From: Camelus ferus
Taxonomy: Eukaryota
NCBI RefSeq assembly: GCF_009834535.1
Contig: NC_045696.1
Coordinates: 105,030,001 to 105,094,000 of the forward strand
Direction: 5' to 3'
DNA length: 64,000 bases
A program made the position numbers and the translations under genes. The notes under the pieces were generated by a model that saw only the letters and a program-made list of their open reading frames with translations, searched no databases and had not been told where the DNA came from. Within the stretch, counting starts at the first letter, position 1; the number at the start of each line of letters is the position of its first letter. Of this stretch, positions 12,129-24,344 are shown piece by piece.

Positions 12129-14074
12129 AAGTTTTTTTACATGAAACTTAACCCATCCTTTGGAGTTTTTGATGGAACTACCATTCAATCTCCCCTCCAT
12201 CTTTTTCTGGTCCCAGTCATTTTCCTAGTCACCTTGCTGCATACATAGCAAATGTGGTTCTCAGCTTCCTGATAGTTGTTATTGCAGACACTCCCACCTC
12301 CACTCCAGCCAGCTCCTTTCAGTGCCTGACCTTGCAATCTTCTCTCTGCCCACCATTCTTGGCCTGCTCCTGCCCTCTTCGCTGCTGAATAAATTTGGCT
12401 TTCTATCCTTAATTTATCCTCTGTCCTCTGGCCCACTAATCCTGGTCATCCATGTAGGTCCTTGGCCCTAGCCGTGGTCATTCAGAATTCAAACACTGAC
12501 CAGACACCCCTGGCGCCTCTGTGTAGGGGCCAAGGGCAGACTTGTGGGGAGGTTGTTCCGACTCTCTTCAGCTGGATAGTTCTCTGACCTGCAAATAACA
12601 ATCACAGGTCCCCTCAGCAAAGTACAGACAGTCACTTCCCCAGGTGGCTCAGAGCATCTCCATGGAAATGTTCCTGACTCCTGTCCTGGGCTGGGCTGAG
12701 TGTCACTCCTCTCCTCTGGGATCCCATGTTTCCCTTCATCGTTTCATTTACTTGGTTTTCTTTGTATTTTCTTGCCATTCCCCAGTTCATATCCTTTTCC
12801 CAATATGGGAAACTTCTTGAGAAAAGGAATTTGTGTCTTAAACATCTCAGTATTCTCAGCACAAAGCATAGATCCTGGCACATAAGCAGACAAACAGCTA
12901 AACAGCTCATTTAACTTAGAACAGTGGTACCAACAGGACCTGAGCTGATTGGTCCTGGAGACCATCTGTTTGCTTCAGCTTCCTTTACAAATGTGGTTCC
13001 TTGACTTTCGATTTTTATCAGTGTGCTTTGGAAAGAAGCATTTACCCCTGTTCTCTGATAAACTTGAAAGATTGTCTAAGCCTTAAAGACATATAAACGC
13101 TAAAGAAGAATTGATTTATTCTTCCCAGATGAACTCCAACCTGCTTTCCAAATATATTACATTTCTCAGTCCTATCCAGCAATGAGAAAACTATATTAGT
13201 TACATTCCTTGAAAAGAGAGATGGCCAAGATTCGCATCCTAAATCTCTGGCCAGTCTACTTCCCACATGTTCCTGAGAAGTCCTCCAAGCAGAATAGCAG
13301 AGCTGACCACTCCAGGGACATTCACTTCTGAAAATCCTGCTCGCCACCTACTCTCCTGCCTGGGGAGCGGGCTAGAGAGTGAGTATCATCTGGCGCCACT
13401 CCTACCCCTGTGGTCTGAGGTCTATACCAGGAGCCCAACCAGTGGTCCTATTCCTGCCCCAATTGCCTCTGGTTCCTGCTTGGATAATGTCCACTGAGCA
13501 GGAGGCACTGTGGGCAGACCTGTGGGTCCACCCTGAGCCCTTATTTCTGATGCCCTCTATCACCGAATCCCCTGCAGCAGTAACTCAACGAGAAAGCAAG
13601 AATGACAGTGCGGATGGGAGTAGCCCTCATGATGAATCGTTAAGAGGAGCCAACACGTGCCTGAGGTTTCAGGTCCCAAGGGACTGGACGGTGGTCAACC
13701 TCTGTTCCATGGGATCTGCTTCTGTCACCTGAAGGACATGGGATCCAGGGACAAGGGAAGAGGGGTCCTTTCTGGCCAAGCCTGGGTGAAGACATCTGAC
13801 CACCCAGCAGCATGCGCAGACCCAAGACACCAAGCTGAGAGTGTCCAAAGGCACAGAGAGAGTGACATTGTGCCTCTGGGAAAACCACAGTCCTTCATGT
13901 CCTCCTCCTTGCCCTCCAGTCCTCTGATCCACTGTTTGTAAGACCCTCAGCCTGACCTGCTGCTGTGCTGGAGGGAGCCATGCGCGGACACAGGGTGGAA
14001 TGAACGGGTGCAAGACCTTGAAGAGGGACCAAGCAAAGAGCAGACCTCTTCCCAGTGAGGAGCTTCAGTGAAAG

Positions 14075-14810
14075 AAACAGAAGGAAAAATGAAAGAAAAG
14101 TTTGGAGAAACTGCATAAAGCTGTGCAACTGGAAAATACAAAGGAGCTTGGGTACATTTTTTTTTAAATCTGAATTTTAAAAATGCAGTTGCAGAATTAA
14201 AAATTAGGATTGATTCAAATGAAAACTGAATACTAATTTAGCTGACTAAATCTAAAACATCCAGTAGAAGAACAATCTTACTACACAAGAGCAGAAGTTA
14301 CAAAGGAAAAAAGTGAAAAGAACATGAGATGTGGAGGATAGACCCAGGAGACCTCACATTCAAAATGCAGCTTCAGAAGGAGATAAATGGACAGACCTAG
14401 GAGAAGCAAACGTGTAAAAAAGAAAAAAGAAAAACTCTGAATTGGAAAAGATATAAGTTTTTAAACAGAAATGAAGAAATAATGAAAAAAAGATACATAT
14501 CTAATAACATTTCTAACCTCTGAGGATGAAGATTTGCTTACAGGCTCCCAAACCTGGTGAAGAGGTTGATTTCAAAGGCAAGAGAATCAGAGCACAATAG
14601 ATTTCTCATCTGCAACTTTGGACACTAGAAGACAGTGGAACAATATATATTTAGCTTTTCAAGAAAAGCATTGTGATCCAAGAATCTTACACTAGCCAGT
14701 AAAATATTCATAAGGGAAGGGAAAGATTTTTTTCAGTTTAAGAAAACTCATAATGAACACCACCAAAATATACTTCTAAGTACTTGAGGGAGTACTGTAA
14801 TTTTTTAAAA
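14075..14810 (+). mobile_element. HAL1 / ancient L1 ORF1 remnant
   Basis: A-rich; gaggatagacccaggagacc, gatttctcatctgcaactttggacactagaagacagtggaacaat, ccaagaatcttacactagcca. Confidence 0.7.
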
Positions 14811-15224
14811 GTTAGGGAAAAAAATCTCAAGGTGAAATATTCAAAGAGTATGAGTTCGTAAAAAAAAAAAAAAATTATTAAGTCTCTCTCTTGTTCCAGG
14901 ATAGAGTGGGGAACAAGACAGAGCCCTGCTCTCCTGAAGCTGCTAGTCTTGTCCAAAGCGTCATGAAGAACTTGTGGGGAGATGCAGAAGATGCTTATAT
15001 GCTGGTGCTGCTGTGGCAGAATTGGGGATGGCATTCAAGTTGAGAAATGCAGGTAAGGAGAAGGCAAGCTTGCATACTTATGGAAGAAGAGCATTCTGAG
15101 CAGAAGAAACAGTCTCTGTGAAGAAAATAGCCACAGTGTGTTCTGTTCATTAAGAAAGAACGAGTGGCTGGGCATGGGGAACATGGGCAGGCATGGAGGA
15201 AGATCAAGTCAGGGAGGCAGCATT

Positions 15225-15575
15225 GCAGAGACCACCGCCAACCCCCTGAAATCCAGGTTCTTTTTATTCCAGGACATGCTGCTAGGGCAACTCCTCAACC
15301 TCCTGGGAAAGTGTGTGTGACCACGAGATTTCCAGCCATTGCAGTGTGAACAGAGGTGATATTCAATTGTGCCCTATCACAACCACCCATATGCACTTCT
15401 CCCTGCTTATATTCCCCTTCCAGCCAGTTAGAATGAAAATGACCCCCAGGGTGACTTTGAAAGAGAGACACAAGTATCTTTGAATTTTACCAATCAGTGC
15501 TGGTATATGAGCAAGAAACAGACATCTACATGGTTTGAGCCTTTGCTGAGTATTGGGTAAGTTTGTTCCAAGAGC
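15225..15575 (+). mobile_element. MaLR LTR (MLT1H-like) within L2
   Basis: gtgtgtgaccacgagatttccagccattgcagtgtgaacagaggtgat...tatgagcaagaaacagacatctac. Confidence 0.6.
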
Positions 15576-15837
15576 TCGCATGCTCTGACCATCACAGGCA
15601 GGCAGGACCTTGTGGGACCATAGAACAGGGTTTAATTTGCTCTCCAAGTACAATGAGAAGGGCTAGGGGTGTAATGGGAATAGGAGGGGAAGAAGTTCAG
15701 GTAGGAAGTGACGCAATCAAACATATACTCTAGGTTCTGGGGGCAGGGCTCCTTCCTCATCAATCAAGAGGCCATTGCCAAAGTCTTGGAGAGAGATCAT
15801 TGTGGCTGGGAGTGGAGCTTTAGAAACTGAGAGGTTT

Positions 15838-15862
15838 TATATATATATATATATATATATAT
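15838..15862. repeat. (TA)n microsatellite
   Basis: Direct reading. Confidence 0.95.
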
Positions 15863-16455
15863 TTATCAACTATATTTCAACTAGAAAAAAAAGTAATTGA
15901 GGGGCTATCATGTGATTCTGTTAGGAGAAATTTTGGAGGTAACTTTGATATTTTGGATGTGAGATATATGAGAAGGAGAAATAAAGGATGATTCGTGAGT
16001 TTGAGGTAACTTATTGAGGTGTGGACAATGATGATAGAAAGTAAATTTGAGGACTAATGGGAAATTCAGAGTTCTGTCTGTTCCTGTTAAATCTGAGATG
16101 TCTACTAGACATCCGAGGGGGATGTGAATCTGGCATTTCACGCAGTAAAGGTTGAGGGAAAGCATCAGTGAGAAGCATGAGTGTCTATATTTTTCTGAAG
16201 CCTGGGCTCTCTTAGGGGAGAGTCTTTATAGAGAAGAGTCTGGGACCCAGAGTTCTGGTTGACAAGGGGGAGTCACAGTGGAGACTGAGACAGAGTGCCA
16301 TTGAGGTAGAAGAAAATCTGCCAAATGTGGATTCCCAGTAACGTGATGAGATTTTTCCCAGCAATATTCTTCAGCTGCCTGGGTCCAAGTGAGGAATAAG
16401 CAGATAGTCAGTTTTAAGTTATTCAGGGATTTTCCAATCAAATATTTAAGCAGAA

Positions 16456-16903
16456 TGTAGGAGGTTCCTAGGGCTGCCAGAACAATATGTTGGCTTAAGG
16501 GAATAGAAATGTATTCTTTCACAGTTCCAAGGGCTAGAAGTCTGAAATTAAGGTGGTGACAGTGTTGGTTGGATCCTTCCGGAGTCTCTGAAAGAGAATT
16601 CACTCTACGCCTTTATCCTGTTTCTGGTGGCTGCTGGCAATCCTCGGCAATTCTTGGCTTTCTTTGGCTTGTAGAAACATCACTCCAATTTCTGCCTCTG
16701 TCTTCTAACTGTGTATTTCTGTGTCTGTTTCCTCTTCTCTTATAAATAGCACTTGTCATTGGATTAAAACCTGCCTGAATCCAGAATGATCTCATCTCAA
16801 GGTCCTTAATTATGTCAGCAAAATCCCTTTTTTCCAAATAAGGTCACATTTAAAGATTCCTAGTGGGTGTACATTTTGGGGGGCTACTATTCCACTCACT
16901 ACA
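16456..16903 (-). mobile_element. MaLR solo LTR (MLT1B/C-like) within L2
   Basis: gttcctagggctgcc...ccaaataaggtcacatt...actattccactcactaca. Confidence 0.88.
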
Positions 16904-17949
16904 AGGAGTAAAGGGCAAGTGAGTGAAAAAGATTTGCCAGGGGGCATGGGGCTGCATCATGGAACCCAAGCTGGATGAGGAGGGAAGGAAGATATGAGAG
17001 GGTCATGGAGAGTAAAGATTGGTGAGATCAAGAAGGAGAGAGGCTGAGCAGAACCAGACAAGGGAGCTGGGGAGGCCGGATGAAAGGGAGGAATGACATC
17101 ACGATTGCTGGCAGAATTTGGTTATTGGTGATGGCAAAGTCTGGAGCATGGGCACCTGATGGAGTGACTGCAGTGGCATCTGAGAAAATTCCATTGGAAA
17201 GGAGAGCATGGGACTCAGAAACTCTTGGTTGGGTCACCAACCTGGTGGATGAAGCCCTCAGAATGATGTCAGGAGTGGAGAAGGGGGATCGATAAGCCAG
17301 GTACCAAAGCATCAGTGAGTGAAGGACAAGAGATGAGGACAGCAATTAGGAGGACTGAGCAGGTGACAGCTATGGCTCAAGCAGAATAGATGACTGCAAG
17401 GGGATGGCCAACTGCAAGATAAGGGTTTGAAAGATACAGGATATTCTATCAAAATGAAAAAACAAAATCTGGGAATCAACATTCCAAAGGATTCCACCAA
17501 AACCCAGGAGTTGGCAGGGGAGGAACAGAGACGATGGCGAAGTAAACCCATACCAACAGCTTCATTTTGTTGTGGGATGTGTGGCTGGAATTGAATTGGA
17601 TAAAACTATACTAAAAAGTCTTCTCTTGGGAAATTGGGACAGTTAGTATATTGATGAATACAGATTTGAATACACTCTTCAAAATATACATATATATACC
17701 CACTAAAAAATAAACCCCTAGAAAAGCATCCAGATCACCAGGAACCAAAATAGTGACTAAAAATAAAAACTATCAATGAAGTAAAAATTGGTTAGGGGAA
17801 AAAACAGGAACAAATAATATATACTAGCACAAAAAGTACACAATAAGTAAAGCAAGGCCAAATATGTCCTTTTTAAAGTTATGGCCATTGTGGTTAATGT
17901 CTCTATTGAAAATAATGATAAAAAATTATTAGTGGTTATTAAAAACAAT

Positions 17950-19335
17950 CATTGGGGTGATTATTTCATGGGTGTAAAAATGTACACTTTAAATATGCAC
18001 AGTTTCTTGTGTATCAATCATACTTCAATAAAGTTGTTTTTGAAAAACAGTGAAGACTCTAAGATTGGGTGAAAAAACGAATTCTAACTTTATGTTTTAG
18101 GCATATACTTAAAAAGCAGAGAAAGGTTGAAAAGAGGGGTTACAGGGCAGCTAAGAAAACAGGGATGGAAATATTACATAAAGTGGATTTTGAGGCTAAA
18201 AATATGGTAAAACAATATAGGTATATTTTAAGGATAAATGGTAAAATCCACAAAGATATTCTAACAGCCAAAAGCTTTAATGCACCAATAACCTAACTGA
18301 AATATATAAAGCACTAACTCCTAGAAATACAACAGATAGGCAAGTCCAAAATCATATTAAGAAATCCTAATACACCTTAATACACTGCTCTCAGAACTTA
18401 ACAAAATTCAGTAGATAAATACAAATATAAAGGACTTTAATAATTAACAAATAACACACACAGACATGGAACTTACACTCAATAAATAGAAAATGTATAT
18501 TCTTTTCAAACACCTTAGAAACTTCAATTATATATCAGGACACACAGTAAATCTCAGCTCCTTACATGACAATTAGAAATCATAAACTAAAACTAGAAAA
18601 TGTCCAGAAAAACTCAGCCCATTGAAAGTAAACAAACAAAAATCCACTTGAAAATTTTGAAACGTCTTTTCTAAATCATCTTCAATGAAAGAAGAAATCA
18701 AAACTGGAATTTTAATTAGAAAAAGAATTGAGAAGATTACATGTTAAAACCTATGGGGATCAGCTAAATAGTGATATTTAGTAGAAAATATGTAGCCTTA
18801 ATGCTATGTGTTAGGAAACAAGAAAAAATTTAAATAATGAACCAAACATCTAATTCAAGAAAATGCAAAGAATCCAGAATAAGACTAAATGAGATAGAAG
18901 GAAGTAATAAAAATAAAAACAGAAATTATTGAAATAGAAAACAGAAAGAAAACTCTATGGTCATAAATAATGAAATTAAAAAGTTGGTTCTTGGGGAAAG
19001 GTTTAAAACAACGGAGAGGCTGTGCCTTTGATAAGAGAAAAGGCAATGAATCTATCAGGAATGATTAAAAAAGACAAAATTGCAAACAATAAAAGTGTTT
19101 TAAAACTTTTAAGAGAATGCATTATAATTACTGCAAAAATCAAAATGTGGATGATTTTCTAAGAAAATACAGATTTCCAAAACTGACTCAAAAAGTAGAA
19201 ACAGTCCAAAAAACTCAGAAAAGATTAAGTCGCCAAATATGTCTCTTTAAAAAATGCTTATATACAGACATAGAAAAATGATATCATACACATGAAACTT
19301 CTGTGCGGTTGTAAACCAATCTTACCTCAATAAAA
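17950..19335 (+). mobile_element. Ancient L1 ORF2 endonuclease-region remnant with short L1 3'-end fragments at both ends
   Basis: A-rich; aatgcaccaataac, gaagaaatcaaaactggaa, agttggttcttggggaaa. 3' termini at ~18030 (tacttcaataaag) and ~19330 (tacctcaataaaa). Confidence 0.75.
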
Positions 19336-19466
19336 ACAAAAGCAAAAGCAAACCCAGAATATTTCCTGTACCTTACAAAAAAATGCTTGGCACATTTATA
19401 ATTCACAGCACTGTAGAGACTGCGTATTAATCCTTCCTCTGACACTTATTAATTGTGTCACTTTAG

Positions 19467-19550
19467 TATGGGTGCCAGATTTAGCAAATAAAACTACAGT
19501 CCGCCAAGTTAAATTTGAGTTTCGGATAAGCGACAAATAATTTTCAGTGT
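19467..19550 (+). mobile_element. MER53 hAT MITE, one arm only, inside a MIR
   Basis: gggtgccagatttagcaaataaaactacag...gttaaatttgagtttcggataa. Confidence 0.8.
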
Positions 19551-20311
19551 CAACATTCCCATTGGTCAGTTGGAGCTTTTCCCACTTTAGATTTTACAAC
19601 CTGCGGCTTTGTTCAGGTGACCTTACCCTCTCAGCTTCACTAATGTAAAACATGCATTTAAAGAAGACAACAGATGTACGTCAGGGTCTGTCGTACCACA
19701 CGGACTATTCACTTTTTCTTCCACAGAAAGCATTGCTGTGACAGTCAAGCCTTGGGTTGGTTTTGCCTGCATAGGTTATTCCCTGGAGTGAATTTTTATG
19801 TGTGCTGTTCTCTGATGCCGAGCAGTAGTGAAGACAGAGGGAGACTTTGCCCGGTCTCTGCTTCTGTCTCCCATGCTTGTACCATTTCCCTTGGTGGCAG
19901 GTCTCAGAAACCAGACCTGGAGCACCACCTGTTCCCCCAAATCATGCCCCGCCCCTCCCGGACCCAACTTAGCGCCTCAGCCAGGCTGTTCTCCCAGGTA
20001 CCAGCTGCCCAGGTACCCCCACCTGTCCTCCCTCCAGTTCCAGGCATACCCCACCCTGGGCATTTCTGCTTGGCCTGTCTCCGTCGCTGGACGGCAAAGC
20101 CCTTTGGGGGCTGTTCTGATGATGAAGTGTCCCCACATCCTTAGCCACCACCTGCTTCCCCGCACACTGGCCCCTGCATCTGCTCACTGGAGTGTGTGGT
20201 GCTCCCACCCAGGGCTCCATGCCTTCCTCAGGTATCTTCTGTTTACACTTTACAGTGGCTGCTTTGATCATGGAAGGAGAGGCTTTATTTCTACTCCAAG
20301 AAAAGGAGAAA

Positions 20312-20565
20312 AGTAATATCGCTGAGTTCCTACTCGGTGCCAGACACCAGGCTAATGTATTTTCACATTACATCTATTTTTGTGAAACGTATTTTTCTCT
20401 TGTAATTTTCTAATGATGTCATTAAAGAGATGTCAGTATCTCCATTTTACAAAGTCAAAAACACAGGTTCAGAGAGTTTAACTGTCTTGACCAAGGTTAC
20501 GCACAAGTCACGGGCAGAGCTTGAATTTAAATTCAGGTCTCTCTGACTCTCTTTTCCACTATCCC
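20312..20565 (-). mobile_element. MIR SINE
   Basis: ctgagttcctactcggtgccagacac...ccattttacaaag...ccaaggttacgca. Confidence 0.75.
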
Positions 20566-21023
20566 ACACTGATTGCCACCCGGTAGAAAATTTGCTTTAA
20601 TAGATATGTGTTAGTGTTAAGATTTCTAAAATGGCATCTAGATCTGGGTCAGTTCTGTTTTCTCTTGGTCTCCTGGTCTCCTTCTCATTCTCGGTTATGG
20701 GTTTATGGTTTTGCCTTTCTGTCTATTCAGTCCATCCTCAGCCAGCTCAGACAGGAGATCGTGAGCTAAGGAAAGGCAAGGTCACAGCTACTCTCGCTGC
20801 TGTGATGAAATAAATCCCTGAATAAAAGCCCGAATCTCCAGGCAGCGTCTGGCCTGAAAGCACAGACCCTTACAGAGTGGGAGGCAGCCAGGCTGGGAGG
20901 CACCCGGGCCTTGCCCTCTGCTCTCTGCACCCGTCAGCCACCAGGGTCACGTCTGCATGCTTTCCAGCCCCCTAGCCTGTCTTCTCTTTGATTTCATTTC
21001 TCTCCCCTCTTCCCTCCCTCCTC

Positions 21024-21403
21024 TGTCTCTTAGTTGCTAGGGCTGCCATGACAAAGTAACACGGACTAGCTGGCTTAAACAACAGAAACTTATTTTTTCA
21101 CAATTCTGGGGGCGAGAAGTCCAAGATCAAGATGTTGGCAGTGATATTTCTTCTGAGGCCTCTCTCCTTGGCTTGTAGGTGGCCGTCTTCTCCCGGAGTC
21201 TTCACATGATCTTCCCTCTGTGTGTCTGTCTCCTAATCTCTCCTTATAAGGTCATTAAGCCAGTCACACTGGGTCAGGGCCCATTCCAATAACCTGGTTT
21301 AATCACCCCCTTTAAAGATCCTATCTCCAAATACAGTTACATTCTGAGGCGCTAGTAGTTAGGACTTCAATATATGAATTTTAAGGGACAAAGAGCCCAT
21401 AAC
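21024..21403 (-). mobile_element. MaLR solo LTR (MLT1A-like)
   Basis: gctagggctgccatgacaaagta...ctccaaatacagttacattctgagg...agcccataaca. Confidence 0.9.
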
Positions 21404-21517
21404 ACATACTCTCTCTCACTCAGACACACACACACACAAATACACACCTAGTAATACTAGGTTAAGACTGAGGCCACACTTACCTCACTGGGGAGTCTGT
21501 CTCCCAGGTCTCCTTTG

Positions 21518-21745
21518 CTTTTTTTCTTTTTTTTAAATTGAAGTATAGCTGATTTACAATGTTGTGTTAGTTTCAGGTGTACAGCAGAGAGATTCAGTGA
21601 TACATATATATGCCTTTTCAGATTATTTTCCATTATGGGTTATTGCAAGATGTTGAATATAGTTCCCTGAACCATACTGTAGGTCCTTGGTTTTTTTAGG
21701 CTCTTTTATGTATAGTAGTGTGTATATGTTAATCCTAAACCCCTA
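21518..21745 (-). mobile_element. Cetartiodactyl-type L1 3' end, truncated
   Basis: ttgaagtatagctgatttacaatgttgtgttagtttcaggtgtacagca. Confidence 0.88.
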
Positions 21746-22629
21746 AGTATCCCAGGCTTTCTCAGGAAGAGAAACTCAGTGCCTCAGCCCCCTGCTCCTT
21801 ATTCCTAAGGAGGAGGAGTGACAGGTGCTGGCCAAGGACTGGGGATGGGGAGGGTTTCCGTGGGTGTAGAGGGCTTGCAAAGGCCCCTGGAGATTTCAGG
21901 GAGGGGCTCCTGGACCGGATGCATTTCTCAGTCGTGAGTGTGAAAAGGTTATGAAGAACAGGGTAGGAGAGTTGGGACCCATGGCTGAGCAGTTTCAATA
22001 ACTGGAGTTTATGGTCATAGTCAGAGTCTTCAAATACTCAACAAGGGGAATTTATAAAATTTGTGTTTTCCTTTGAATGATCATCTAAGAACATTAACGT
22101 AAGTAGATCTTAAAATATCAAGATGACCACCCAGATGCAAGGACTGCCATTTCAGCGCCTACATCTGTTCATTTCTATCATTGTGTTAGTGCCAAAGAAC
22201 ACTGTTCTAAGTGCTCAGAGCCGAAGACAAAAGAACACATTTGAATCTATGCATAAGTATAGGGTTTATGTGAAGTGAAAGCCAAATAATGGCACAGCAC
22301 GTGCTATAAATTGGAGTTTAAGTTCTTTATTTGCTGGAAGAGAGAAAAGAGGAGAACTGAATTGTCATGTAGCACAATTAAAAACCTGAAGTTAGGAGGT
22401 AGTCACATATCTTAATCTGTCACTCATTATATTAAATTAACAATAATTAATGTTACTGGTTTTGCTTTTCGTCAATCAAATTGGTTAAATTTGTTAACCA
22501 AATTTTTAATTGGTTTAAATCTCTTAATTTGTTTTGATTTTTATTTGTATAGCCTATTGAAATAAGAATTTGAATATAGTTTTATGTGGATACACATTTA
22601 TTAAATTTAAGTCCAGACTTAACACTTCT

Positions 22630-24300
22630 CATTAAGATAGAGTAGATTGTATCAGACTAATTCTCTGGCTAAGAAAAACTGTAAGAGGTAGATAACAGCT
22701 GTCTGATGGCATCAGAGAATAAACAGTTTCCAAGACTTGGGGGAAATGCTTTGTGTTAAGCCCTGCATTCTACAGTTTTTTTACTCAATTTCTGACATGG
22801 AGCATAAAGGTGGGGTGGAGGGGGGAAGCAGTGATCTAGCTCATACAGCAGTCTCTCTAGGCTAGACAGAAAAAACTTGGAGCTCAAGCTTCAAACAAAC
22901 CAGGACTTGGAACCCAAGATCCTGGAGAAAGAAGCAGCACAGAGAAATAAAGCTGATATTCAACCTCAGTTTCCCCTTGAGTCATTTTATGATTTCCAAG
23001 CTACATGTTGGATGAGACACAGAGAAACCAAGTGGAAAGAGATTGCCGAGACAGTTAAAATCTAGGCATGAAATGTTGTCACCTCTTGGTGCTGGCGAGA
23101 CAAATAATGGGGTTTGGCATCTGCCATGAGTAAGGCCCTAGTAAACACTCAGGGGTTCAGTTGAGATCCTAGAAAAGCTGTCTTAGGAGTAAGGAACAAA
23201 CCAGAAACAGAAAAGCCTCCACTGAATCAAGATGCTCTTGCCATATCCTCTCTGCTTGCAAGAAGATTTATTCTCTTTCTGCTTCCAGCCTGGCCAGAGG
23301 AAGTTGGGGTGATATGAAGCTGCTCCCACTCGACCTGCTGAGCTCACACCTGCAGAGGGTGGGGCCCCGAGGCTTCTCCCCGCACCTCCAGGCCGCCAAG
23401 GTCTGGACCCACACTGAGAAGTTCAACCCCGGCTTTGTGGCACATATGATGCCTAAGGTGGAGTGGGCGGCACTTCCGGAGACAGCCAATATCCTGCAGC
23501 TGGTCAGGGTGCCCCAAGGGCCAATCCCTGGTGTGAGCGTGGTAAGAAATTTCTGAGGAAGATGCAGTCACAAACCTCAGGAGGCAGATGTGTTGGAGGG
23601 AACCCTGCCATGTCCAGGGTCTGGGTGTCTGTTCCCCACCAGTGGTGGGATTCCCAGCATGCAGCTGGGTGATGAGGAAACAGACTCAACCATGCCAGGC
23701 ACCAGTTTTTCATCCTGTGTCCATGTGTGACTTTTGTTTATATGTATCCTGGTTTCTGACTCTATCATGGGCATCCCTAACCCTTGACCCAAAAACTTGC
23801 CAAACACATTTTCTTGAGCTTAATATCGATATATGTTTTATCATTAAAGGTTCAAAAAGAAGGAAGAAGAAGATGATGATGATTATGACAAGTTATTCTT
23901 CTCTGGAGGAAGAAAACATCATCTCAAGTCTCTAAAACTTTTTAAATAAAATATCCAGAATTAGATAAAAAAAAAATTACCAGTTATGCCAGGAAACAAG
24001 ACCAAACCAGTGAAATCCAAAAGAAAAATAGTCGATGTCAATAAGCACACAGGTGATCTGGATATTGAAGTTATCAAACATATACTTTATTATTTTTTAA
24101 TAGACTTTATTCTCTTAGAGAAGTTTCAGGTTCACTACAGAACTGAGCAGAAAATACAGAGAGTTTGCACATAGCTCTCCCAGACATATGCTTTATATAA
24201 TTATTATCAGACACATAATTCTTATGTTCAAAAATGTATAAAAATATATAGACCATTTTACCAGAGAATTATAGTTTAAGGGAAAAAAAATGAGAATGTT
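22630..24300 (+). mobile_element. Old L1 (L1M4/L1MC-like) 5'UTR to ORF1 start; hosts the TRMT112 retrocopy and a short antisense L1 3' end (~24085-24180)
   Basis: gagtagattgtatcagactaattctc...; resumes after the retrocopy as ttctctggaggaagaaaacatcat...ggatattgaagttatcaaaca. Confidence 0.7.
23275..23889 (+). pseudogene. TRMT112: Processed (retro)pseudogene of TRMT112, the methyltransferase activator subunit; CDS remnant 23314-23688
   Basis: ORF 23314 MKLLPLDLLSSH...FNPGFVAHMMPKVEWAAL...VPQGP matches the TRMT112 N-terminus. A shifted frame gives KKFLRKMQ, and the original frame resumes at 23581 as EADVLEGTLPCPGSGCLFPTSGGIPSMQLGDEETDS. Intronless, with 5'UTR- and 3'UTR-like flanks, ATTAAA at 23843-23848, a decayed A-tail and an imperfect TSD aagatttattct (23263) / aagttattct (23890). 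Confidence 0.95.
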
Positions 24301-24344
24301 GTACCACCAGCCTTTCAATAGTTTAGTCTAACAACCTAGGTCTT

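Larger units (their letters stand above)
14885..17420 (-). mobile_element. Long L2 remnant split by two LTR insertions
   Basis: Antisense L2 motifs in collinear order: ccctgctctcctgaagct, ggcaggaccttgtgggacca, gagttctgtctgttcctgttaaatctgagatgtctactagacatccgag. Confidence 0.7.

Noticed and set aside
19467..19550. MITE-derived miRNA hairpin from MER53 (also MADE2 at 60355)
   Set aside because: Only one MER53 arm remains, the MADE2 left TIR is decayed, and there is no expression evidence
23314..23556. Functional TRMT112 gene
   Set aside because: No introns, two frameshifts, a premature stop, a lost native stop and heavy CpG-type substitution
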